From a virus (lineage: Duplodnaviria > Caudoviricetes): a DNA stretch of 64,000 nt. The notes under the pieces were generated by a model, which was given only the letters and a program-made list of their open reading frames with translations, did no database searches and was not told the DNA's origin. The translations under genes were made by a program, and so were the position numbers. The stretch's first letter is position 1. Each line of letters begins with the position of its first letter. This document shows positions 18,786-25,087 of this stretch, piece after piece. Location: positions 64,001 through 128,000 of IMG/VR virus record IMGVR_UViG_3300013121_000039. One strand, written 5' to 3'.

Positions 18786-19439
18786 ATGTACAACTACGAG
18801 AGCTGCCCCATTGCCCCGTGGGTGGCCGAGATCGTGACCAGGATGCACGAGGCCGCGGCCGCAGGCACCCCAGTGGTCAACCTCTCCTACACGCACCCTC
18901 GCGGCTACATCCCCAACCAGATCATCAGACGTCCAGAAGTCCGGAAGGTCATGGCCGGGTGGAGCTACGACAACGCCAGAACGGCCCCCACCCCGATACC
19001 GGACCACTGGTTCCTGCCCCCTGGTATCGACATCGCCTACGGCCCGCTCGCTCCGTTCGAGCAGGAGATCGCTCGTAGGGAGGCCGAGGCAGCCCAGGAG
19101 GCTGCGGCCAAGACCGCGATGGATGGGGAGAGGCACATCTCCGTCATCGACCTGACCACGTTCCACCCCAGGGGTGGAATCCCGCTCGTCGTCATGGCGA
19201 GACTGTCTCGACGGAAGTCGAAGACCTGGCGGACGGAGATGCTCGCCGAGATCGAGCGGCTCCAGGGAGAGGCCAACCGGGCCGAGGCCTTCTCTCAGAC
19301 GCAGAAGGACCGGGCAGAGGCGATGGCATCCAAGGGCTCCGACCCCAACCCGCTCCTCGCCTCTGCTCAGAGGGAGCTGGAGAAGGCCGCCACGGCCAGG
19401 GCGCAGATCGTGATGATCAAGAAGGAGATGGGCTCGTGA
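18786..19439 (+). CDS. Hypothetical protein
   Basis: GGAGG RBS; C-terminal coiled coil. Confidence 0.6.
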   Translation: MYNYESCPIAPWVAEIVTRMHEAAAAGTPVVNLSYTHPRGYIPNQIIRRPEVRKVMAGWSYDNARTAPTPIPDHWFLPPGIDIAYGPLAPFEQEIARREAEAAQEAAAKTAMDGERHISVIDLTTFHPRGGIPLVVMARLSRRKSKTWRTEMLAEIERLQGEANRAEAFSQTQKDRAEAMASKGSDPNPLLASAQRELEKAATARAQIVMIKKEMGS

Positions 19440-19972
19440 ACATCCCGGACTTCAACGAGCATGGCCGGCGGCAGCGGATCCAGGTCTGGTACCCGGAACT
19501 GCCGCCGTCGGCCAACGCCATCTACTTCTCAGGGACCCGGCTGACGGATACCGCTCGCGAGTACAAGGAGCGGTTCCGTCAGTACATGCAGCAGTACTAC
19601 GGGCACCAGCTCAACGAGTTCGTCGAGCCGAACGAGAAGTACACCGACCCGAAGGACGGGAAGACGAAGGACCTGCGCACGCAGGCCCCCAACCTCATCT
19701 TCGGGATCGAGCTCACCTTCTTCATGGACTGCCTCACAAGCTGGGGTGACTCGACTCTTCCCAAGAGCCGTCGAGCCAAGTTCCGCTTCGCCAAGACGGA
19801 CGTCACCAACCGCATCAAGTTCGTCGAGGACTGCTTCAAGACGGTTCTCGACATCGACGACTCCCTGACCTTCGACTCCAGGGAGCGGAAGATCCACAAC
19901 CTGGAGCAGCAGGGCGTCCACATCGACTACTTCGTGGTGCCCGTCGAGCAGTACAACCTACCGAGGATCTGA
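19436..19972 (+). CDS. RusA-like Holliday junction resolvase
   Basis: PPSAN...DVTNRIKFVED...IDD catalytic pattern. Confidence 0.7.
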   Translation: MNIPDFNEHGRRQRIQVWYPELPPSANAIYFSGTRLTDTAREYKERFRQYMQQYYGHQLNEFVEPNEKYTDPKDGKTKDLRTQAPNLIFGIELTFFMDCLTSWGDSTLPKSRRAKFRFAKTDVTNRIKFVEDCFKTVLDIDDSLTFDSRERKIHNLEQQGVHIDYFVVPVEQYNLPRI

Positions 19973-20415
19973 TGCAGACGCTCAACCCGGACACTCTGCA
20001 ACCGGTGGGCGGGGATGAGCTGAGGCAGCGACAAGGTCGAACGGGGGAGTTGGGGAACGGGAAGACCGTGTTCTGCCAACCCGACCTCTCGGACCCGTAC
20101 GTCGTGCAGCACGTCTCCCGAGTCATGTGCCTCACGACGCCGTACGCCGCCTGCCTGTCCTGTGCCCATCACCGGTTCGAGTACATCTTCGCCGTCCCCC
20201 AGCAAGAGGACTGGGTGCTCTGCCCGCGCTGGAAGAACGGGGCTGACGGAGGTCCGCCGGACTACTACGTGCCGGTCTGGATGTCGGAGTGCCGTGCTAC
20301 GCCACACACGTTCTGCTGTCACTGCCCTGGCAGAGAGGAGCTCGCGGACCTCTCGACGGACAAGCAGAAGGACGGATGGCTGGAGCGGTACAGACGCTTC
20401 ACCAAGGAGGAGTAG
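19972..20415 (+). CDS. Cys-rich hypothetical protein
   Basis: TGATG coupling; many Cys. Confidence 0.6.
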   Translation: MQTLNPDTLQPVGGDELRQRQGRTGELGNGKTVFCQPDLSDPYVVQHVSRVMCLTTPYAACLSCAHHRFEYIFAVPQQEDWVLCPRWKNGADGGPPDYYVPVWMSECRATPHTFCCHCPGREELADLSTDKQKDGWLERYRRFTKEE

Positions 20416-20417
20416 AG

Positions 20418-20741
20418 ATGGTCCTTGAGGGCGACGAGCCCCTCTACGAGCTGAACGAGTCAGAGCTGCTGTGGATGGCTCGTCTTCAGGGGCTCCCGCT
20501 TCTTAGGCGAGGAATTCCGCGCGAGGAGCTCGTGGAACTCGTGTCGGGCAGCAGGGCCGTGGAGGAGAGACACCAAGCAAGCACCAACTACACGAGGGGA
20601 CGGCTCGAAGACTTCGTGCAGGCCAACATCGACCGGCTCCGTGGGCAGCTCCCAGGCTGCAACGGGCTGTGTCGAACCTTCCAGTGCACCGAAGGCAAGC
20701 ACATGTCGTGCTTCATGCCGAACGAGGCACTGCTGCTATGA
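20418..20741 (+). CDS. Cys-rich hypothetical protein
   Basis: AGGAGG RBS. Confidence 0.6.
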   Translation: MVLEGDEPLYELNESELLWMARLQGLPLLRRGIPREELVELVSGSRAVEERHQASTNYTRGRLEDFVQANIDRLRGQLPGCNGLCRTFQCTEGKHMSCFMPNEALLL

Positions 20742-22006
20742 GCACCTACCAAGAGTGTTTCACCTGTGCGAAGGTGGGGTACTGCTCAAAGACCGACGTG
20801 CAGAAGATCTTGAGGGGGTTTGTCTGCCCACTCTTCGCTCCGGTGACGGAGCCGATCATCATGGCGCGCTGTTCGATGATCGATCAGTACGGCCCCATCC
20901 CAGCAGCCCGCGCCATGCTGCACAGGCCGCCAGACGCGAACCAGGAGGAGCATGTCCAGATGACCTACGACGCCCCGCCAGCCCAGGGGACGACGTACGC
21001 TGACCGCCGCAAGCAGCTCGAAATCATGTCCTTCACCGAGGTGCGCCTTCTCGGCAACAAGCGGTACAAGACTGCCGACGGCCAGCCCGTGTTGGACTGG
21101 GACGAGTCTCTCCAGATCGACAGGAAGTCCCAGTCCATCGAGAAGATCCTCCAGTTCGAGCTCGTGAACGGCATCATCGTCCCCGACAACCAGCAGTCCA
21201 CCCAACCGCAAGGAGCAGACCAGATGGCCCAGCAGCCCGTGCCCCCGCAGTTCCCGCCCAACGGCGCCCCCCAGATGCCGCAGGCCTTCCAGCCGCCGGC
21301 GCCCGGCGCCCAGCCGCAGCAGATGCCGATGCCGCCCAACGCCCCGCCCATGCCCCCGCAGATGGCGCCGCCGATGCAGCAGATGGCGCCCCCGCCGATG
21401 GGCCCGCCCGCCTTCCAGCCGCCCCCCGGCTTCGCCCCGCAGGCCGGCCCCGGCCCCATGGGCACCCCGCAGCTCCCGCAGACGGAGGCTCCGGCGCCCC
21501 AGGCGGGGGGCAAGAAGAAGCGGAACTCCGGCGCCGCCGCGGCGCCACCGCCGGCGCCCGCGCCCGGGCCGGGCACGCCCCCGCAGCAGCCCAACGCCCC
21601 CATGATGGCCCCGCCGGCCGGGCCCCCGGCCTTCCAGCCGGGCGGCTTCGCGCCGCCGCAGCAGGGCTTCCAGCAGCCCCAGCAGCCCGGGTTCGCGCCG
21701 CCCCAGCAGCAGGGCTTCGCGCCGCCCCAGGCCGCGCCGCAGCCGGCGCCCCAGGCCGCCGTGGACCTCACCCCGGTCCTCCAGCTCATCGACCAGGTGG
21801 GCAAGGCCGTCAACGCCCTCGGGGCCGCCGAGGGTGAGACCCTGGCGCGCCTGGAGCGGAACCTCCAGGTGCTCACCATCGGCGTCATGCACATCTACGG
21901 GTCGCAGACCCAGCTGATGCAGTGGCTCTCCGGCCAGAACAAGGCCGACGCCGTGCAGGACCCGACGAAGTTCGTCGAGTTCCTCTCCCAGTACCTCCCT
22001 CGGTAA
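20738..22006 (+). CDS. Protein with N-terminal Cys cluster and long P/Q/A/G-rich low-complexity region
   Basis: CxxC...C N-terminus; about 200 aa P/Q-rich segment. Confidence 0.7.
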   Translation: MSTYQECFTCAKVGYCSKTDVQKILRGFVCPLFAPVTEPIIMARCSMIDQYGPIPAARAMLHRPPDANQEEHVQMTYDAPPAQGTTYADRRKQLEIMSFTEVRLLGNKRYKTADGQPVLDWDESLQIDRKSQSIEKILQFELVNGIIVPDNQQSTQPQGADQMAQQPVPPQFPPNGAPQMPQAFQPPAPGAQPQQMPMPPNAPPMPPQMAPPMQQMAPPPMGPPAFQPPPGFAPQAGPGPMGTPQLPQTEAPAPQAGGKKKRNSGAAAAPPPAPAPGPGTPPQQPNAPMMAPPAGPPAFQPGGFAPPQQGFQQPQQPGFAPPQQQGFAPPQAAPQPAPQAAVDLTPVLQLIDQVGKAVNALGAAEGETLARLERNLQVLTIGVMHIYGSQTQLMQWLSGQNKADAVQDPTKFVEFLSQYLPR

Positions 22007-22083
22007 GGACGCCGGCAGCCGCGCCGGAGGGAGTGCCTCCTCCCTCCGGCCGGCGTCCCAATACCATCCCGCCCACGACCCTC

Positions 22084-22239
22084 ATGTCGCTGACCAGCGA
22101 CCAGACGAACGTGATGAGTGACGAGCAGCTCATCGCGTTCCTCGACTTCTACCAGGGCGTGCGGCTGCCTCAGGGCACTCCACGCTCAGTGCTGCTCTCC
22201 AAGCTGCACTCGGTCGCCATCGTCGCGAGGGACTTCTGA
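22084..22239 (+). CDS. Small hypothetical protein
   Basis: Short ORF with coding-like codon usage; start uncertain. Confidence 0.4.
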   Translation: MSLTSDQTNVMSDEQLIAFLDFYQGVRLPQGTPRSVLLSKLHSVAIVARDF

Positions 22240-22365
22240 GACGGTGAGAGAACGCGGTTACGAAATCAGGCGTCTCAGTCGCCTGTAGGGACTGCGCCAG
22301 GGGCGAGGTCAACCGCGCGAGATACCTACTCCGCGGCTCCAGCGTGAAGCCACTACCGAGCAGTG
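22236..22365 (+). ncRNA. Candidate pseudoknotted structured RNA
   Basis: CTGAGACG/CGTCTCAG stem; loop CGCGGTT complementary to AACCGCG (22311-22317); extra hairpins. Confidence 0.35.
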
Positions 22366-22406
22366 GAAGCAGGCCTGCGGCGAGTCCCCGGGCCTGCTTC
22401 TTTTTT
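22366..22406 (+). terminator. Intrinsic terminator ending the replication block
   Basis: GAAGCAGGCC/GGCCTGCTTC stem followed by TTTTTT. Confidence 0.85.
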
Positions 22407-22412
22407 ACCCAC

Positions 22413-22441
22413 TTGACTCTGCGGAACGTGCTGACTAAGGT
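22413..22441 (+). promoter_or_regulatory. Sigma70-type promoter of the tRNA operon
   Basis: TTGACT-N17-TAAGGT. Confidence 0.7.
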
Positions 22442-22450
22442 GCTCCTCGC

Positions 22451-22606
22451 ATGACGCTCTTGTCGCAAACACGGTGGTCGGACTCAGTGGCCGAAAGGGC
22501 CCTGCTGTCCCACGTGTATGCGGCGATGGAGTGCGCCACCCTCGTGGCCTCCAAGCGCGACCCCCAGGCCCAGATCCCGTTCAACGGTAGCAGGCCCGGC
22601 CCATAG
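22451..22606 (+). CDS. Putative attenuator leader peptide (51 aa, all 20 amino acids)
   Basis: MTLLSQTRWSDSVAERALLSHVYAAMECATLVASKRDPQAQIPFNGSRPGP*; ATG 10 nt after the -10 box, no SD; stop lies inside the antiterminator. Confidence 0.65.
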   Translation: MTLLSQTRWSDSVAERALLSHVYAAMECATLVASKRDPQAQIPFNGSRPGP

Positions 22607-22645
22607 AAGAACCACTCCAGAGTGGACCCCTTCTAGAGGCCGGGC
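22594..22645 (+). promoter_or_regulatory. Antiterminator hairpin
   Basis: GCCCGGCC(22594-22601)/GGCCGGGC(22638-22645), TAGAAG/CTTCTA and CCACT/AGTGG pairings. Confidence 0.65.
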
Positions 22646-22674
22646 GAGCAAAGGCTCCCCGGCCTCTTCGTTTT
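22635..22674 (+). terminator. Attenuator terminator upstream of the first tRNA
   Basis: AGAGGCCGGG-c-GAGC / GCTC-CCCGGCCTCT stem followed by TCGTTTT. Confidence 0.75.
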
Positions 22675-22708
22675 CCTGAGGAGGCACGGATGAAACGACA
22701 ACCGACAT

Positions 22709-22780
22709 AGGTCCCCATGCCCAAGGCTGGCGAGCTGGTCTCCAAAACCGGCTGGGAGGGTTCGATTCCCTCGGGACCTG
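22709..22780 (+). tRNA. tRNA-Trp(CCA)
   Basis: Cloverleaf, anticodon loop CTCCAAA; D-arm divergent. Confidence 0.8.
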
Positions 22781-22786
22781 CTGTAC

Positions 22787-22860
22787 GCCCTGGTAGCTCA
22801 GCTGGTAGCAGCGCCGCACTCGTAATGCGGAGGTCGCCGGTTCGACTCCGGCTCAGGGCT
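22787..22860 (+). tRNA. tRNA-Thr(CGT)
   Basis: Cloverleaf, loop CTCGTAA. Confidence 0.88.
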
Positions 22861-22871
22861 CACAAGAAGAT

Positions 22872-22947
22872 GCGGCTCTAGCTCAGCTGGTAGAGCGCTG
22901 CCTTGCCAAGGCAGAGGTCGCGGGTTCGATTCCCGTGAGCCGCTCCA
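22872..22947 (+). tRNA. tRNA-Gly(GCC)
   Basis: Cloverleaf, loop TTGCCAA, TCCA end. Confidence 0.93.
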
Positions 22948-22951
22948 GTAC

Positions 22952-23033
22952 GGGGACGTTGACGGTAAGGGTACCGACGCCGGCTGTAAACCGGCTCTCC
23001 TTGAGCAACCTGGTTCGAGTCCAGGCGGCCCCA
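22952..23033 (+). tRNA. tRNA-Tyr(GTA)
   Basis: Loop CTGTAAA, long variable arm. Confidence 0.8.
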
Positions 23034-23046
23034 TTCGCAGCACCGC

Positions 23047-23060
23047 AGTTCTTTGACAAC
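23047..23060 (+). promoter_or_regulatory. boxA-like antitermination element
   Basis: AGTTCTTTGACAAC resembles rrn boxA (GCTCTTTAACA). Confidence 0.6.
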
Positions 23061-23082
23061 TGAATCGCAGTGACAGTGAAGA

Positions 23083-23161
23083 TGCAGGGACGGGTGCGTC
23101 CCACGATGCTCTGCGCCTGAACTCGTGTCAGGAGCAACATCAGCGCGCACCCGTCCCAGCA
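23083..23161 (+). ncRNA. Long hairpin RNA of unknown class
   Basis: Perfect 12-bp GGGACGGGTGCG/CGCACCCGTCCC stem with internal CCTGA/TCAGG stem. Confidence 0.5.
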
Positions 23162-23168
23162 GTACTTC

Positions 23169-23239
23169 GCGTCTCTAGCTCTGGGGAGAGCAGTGGCCTT
23201 TTAAGCCGAAAGAAGTGGGTTCGACTCCCACGGGACGCA
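23169..23239 (+). tRNA. tRNA-Lys(TTT)
   Basis: Loop CTTTTAA; imperfect anticodon stem. Confidence 0.78.
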
Positions 23240-23244
23240 CACAC

Positions 23245-23320
23245 GCCTGCGTAACTCAACTGGTAGAGTACTCGGCTCTTAACCGAGAAGTTGTGGGTTC
23301 GACTCCCTCCGCAGGTACCA
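23245..23320 (+). tRNA. tRNA-Lys(CTT)
   Basis: Loop CTCTTAA, ACCA end. Confidence 0.9.
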
Positions 23321-23323
23321 TCT

Positions 23324-23401
23324 TCCTCGTTGGTGCAGTCAGCTGTTGAGCACGTCGCGCTTGAAGCGCGGAGGCCCTGGCCTTGCGATCAGGACGAGGA
23401 G
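23324..23401 (+). tRNA. Atypical tRNA-like RNA (TGA anticodon, no long variable arm, non-canonical T loop)
   Basis: TCCTCGT/ACGAGGA acceptor; loop CTTGAAG; T loop CCTTGCGA. Confidence 0.5.
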
Positions 23402-23407
23402 CATCAT

Positions 23408-23483
23408 GCGGCACTAGCTCAGTTGGTAGAGCGTCGGCTTCCCAAGCCGAAGGTCGCGGGTTCGAATCCCGCGTGCCGCTCCA
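23408..23483 (+). tRNA. tRNA-Gly(CCC)
   Basis: Loop TTCCCAA, TCCA end. Confidence 0.93.
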
Positions 23484-23487
23484 GCAT

Positions 23488-23562
23488 GCGGGTGTAGCTC
23501 AGTGGTAGAGCTCTGGCCTTCCAAGCCGGGAGTCGACGGTTCGAATCCGTTCACCCGCTCCA
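23488..23562 (+). tRNA. tRNA-Gly(TCC)
   Basis: Loop CTTCCAA, TCCA end. Confidence 0.93.
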
Positions 23563-23565
23563 TCT

Positions 23566-23797
23566 TCTCCGTACCCGGGTAGCTTAATGGCAGAGCTCCA
23601 GCCTATGAAGCTGGCGATGCGGCTTCGAGACCCGCCCTGGGGGAGATCGTCGTGAGGGGTACTGAACCCCAATCGGCTACGGAGAGTACCGGGTCGCGAG
23701 GCCCGGGCAGGCCCTCCTCGATGAGTGGGGAGGTGGAAGATGCAGGGCCATCGGGGCCCGAGCCTCTGCCATGTCGGTGAGATCCCGGCCGCCTGAC
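23566..23797 (+). ncRNA. About 230-nt structured RNA with an embedded tRNA-like domain (ATG anticodon)
   Basis: D arm TAGCTTAATGGCAGAGC, CCAGC-CTATGAA-GCTGG arm, T-like arm; TCTCCGTA/TACGGAGA long-range stem; further hairpins. Confidence 0.5.
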
Positions 23798-23807
23798 ACA
23801 AGTTCGC

Positions 23808-23881
23808 AGAGGAGTCGTCCAACGGCAGGACGCTGGTCTTTGGAGCCAGCTATCTCGGTTCGAATCCGAGCTCCTCTTCCA
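23808..23881 (+). tRNA. tRNA-Gln(TTG)
   Basis: Loop CTTTGGA, CCA end. Confidence 0.88.
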
Positions 23882-23887
23882 CTTCGC

Positions 23888-23962
23888 AGGGGTGTAGTTC
23901 AACGGCAGAACGTCTGGCTCTGGACCAGAAAGTTGAAGGTTCGAATCCTTCCACCCCTTCCA
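23888..23962 (+). tRNA. tRNA-Gln(CTG)
   Basis: Loop CTCTGGA, CCA end. Confidence 0.9.
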
Positions 23963-23966
23963 CCTT

Positions 23967-24042
23967 GCCGGCGTAGCTCAGTTGGCAGAGCAGCCGCCTT
24001 GTAAGCGGCAGGTCGCGAGTCCGACTCTCGCCGCCGGCTCCA
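23967..24042 (+). tRNA. tRNA-Thr(TGT)
   Basis: Loop CTTGTAA, CCA end. Confidence 0.9.
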
Positions 24043-24051
24043 TCTTCACAT

Positions 24052-24124
24052 TCCGGGGTAGCTCAACTGGCAGAGCGGGCGGCTGTTAACCGTCAGGTTG
24101 GGGGTTCGAATCCCTCCTCCGGAG
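24052..24124 (+). tRNA. tRNA-Asn(GTT)
   Basis: Loop CTGTTAA, U1-A72, G73. Confidence 0.9.
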
Positions 24125-24130
24125 CTTCAT

Positions 24131-24205
24131 GAGTCGCAAGTCATCGAGGGATGGCCGCGGTCTGCAACACCGCAGAGCGGAGTTCGACTCTCCGGCGACT
24201 CTCCA
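24131..24205 (+). tRNA. tRNA-Cys(GCA)
   Basis: Loop CTGCAAC, U73, CCA end. Confidence 0.85.
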
Positions 24206-24209
24206 GTAC

Positions 24210-24284
24210 GGCCCTGTCTTCTAGCGGTAGGAAGCCGGACTCTCAATCCGGTAACGGCGGGTTCGATTCCCCCCAGGGTCACCA
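24210..24284 (+). tRNA. tRNA-Glu(CTC)
   Basis: Loop CTCTCAA, ACCA end. Confidence 0.85.
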
Positions 24285-24289
24285 CTCAC

Positions 24290-24362
24290 GTCGCGTTCGT
24301 CCAGGGGCCAAGGACGCTGGCCTTTCAAGCCGGAAACGCGGGTTCGAATCCCGCACGCGATA
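24290..24362 (+). tRNA. tRNA-Glu(TTC)
   Basis: Loop CTTTCAA. Confidence 0.88.
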
Positions 24363-24365
24363 CTT

Positions 24366-24439
24366 CGGGGTGTAGCGCAGCCTGGTAGCGCGCCTGCCTT
24401 GGGCGCAGGAGGTCGCGGGTCCGAATCCCGCCACCCCGA
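24366..24439 (+). tRNA. tRNA-Pro(TGG)
   Basis: Loop CTTGGGC, C1-G72. Confidence 0.88.
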
Positions 24440-24502
24440 CTCGTATTTTAGGTTCAGGCCCGAAGCTAAAATAAGGGGCCGACCTGTGATGGCTTACTTC
24501 AA

Positions 24503-24576
24503 CAGCGTGTAGCTCAGCTTGGTAGAGCACCAGCTTGGGGTGCTGGGGGCCGGAGGTTCAAATCCTCTCACGCTGA
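24503..24576 (+). tRNA. tRNA-Pro(GGG)
   Basis: Loop TTGGGGT. Confidence 0.9.
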
Positions 24577-24582
24577 CTTCTT

Positions 24583-24656
24583 CGGGGTGTAGCTCAGACT
24601 GGTAGAGCGCACGGTTCGGGACCGTGAGGTCGCTGGTTCGATTCCAGTCACCCCGA
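24583..24656 (+). tRNA. tRNA-Pro(CGG)
   Basis: Loop TTCGGGA. Confidence 0.9.
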
Positions 24657-24664
24657 CTCTTCAT

Positions 24665-24742
24665 CCGCTCGTAGCTCACGTGGCCCAGAGCACCCGCCTG
24701 ATAAGCGGGAGGTAGGTGGTTCAAGTCCACCCGAGCGGACCA
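24665..24742 (+). tRNA. tRNA-Ile(GAT)
   Basis: Loop CTGATAA, ACCA end. Confidence 0.9.
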
Positions 24743-24749
24743 TCTTCAT

Positions 24750-24824
24750 GGTGATGTTCGTCCAACGGCAGGACATGGGATTGTGGATCCCAGAATGAGA
24801 GTTCGACCCTCTCACATCACCCCA
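24750..24824 (+). tRNA. tRNA-His(GTG)
   Basis: G-1, loop TTGTGGA, C73, CCA end. Confidence 0.9.
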
Positions 24825-24829
24825 TTCAC

Positions 24830-24920
24830 GGGGGACCTCTCCGCAGCGGAGGGTACATGCCCACCGGCTCTTGCGCGCCGACACGGCTAAGGTCCTGGGG
24901 TTGAAGTCCCCGGTCCCCCT
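24830..24920 (+). ncRNA. tRNA-like RNA with non-canonical core
   Basis: GGGGGAC/GTCCCCC acceptor-like stem and T-like arm, but no standard D or anticodon arms. Confidence 0.45.
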
Positions 24921-24930
24921 CCTTCGTCCT

Positions 24931-25005
24931 GGGGTCATCGTTCATCGGTCAGGACACCGGCCTGTCACGCCGGAGAGGCGAGTTCGATTCTCGCTGGCCC
25001 CGCCA
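24931..25005 (+). tRNA. tRNA-Asp(GTC)
   Basis: Loop CTGTCAC, GCCA end. Confidence 0.9.
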
Positions 25006-25009
25006 TCTT

Positions 25010-25085
25010 GGAGCGATAGCTCAGCAGGTAGAGCACTGGTCTGAAGAGCCGGGTGTCGCAGGTTCGATTCCTGCTCGCTCCACCA
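25010..25085 (+). tRNA. tRNA-Phe(GAA)
   Basis: Loop CTGAAGA, ACCA end. Confidence 0.9.
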
Positions 25086-25087
25086 CC

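Noticed and set aside
22237-22347. Stop-codon read-through of ORF 22084-22239 stimulated by the downstream pseudoknot
   Set aside because: The extension is short and has non-coding-like codon usage.
22675-22700. Hammerhead-like core CTGAGGAG...GAAAC
   Set aside because: No stem II and no flanking stems I/III can be formed.
23324-23401. Selenocysteine or opal suppressor tRNA
   Set aside because: The anticodon reads TGA (decodes UCA), not TCA; no Sec-type long arms; phage genes use TGA and TAG as normal stops.
24830-24920. tmRNA
   Set aside because: Too short, no G3:U70 pair, no tag reading frame or CCA end.
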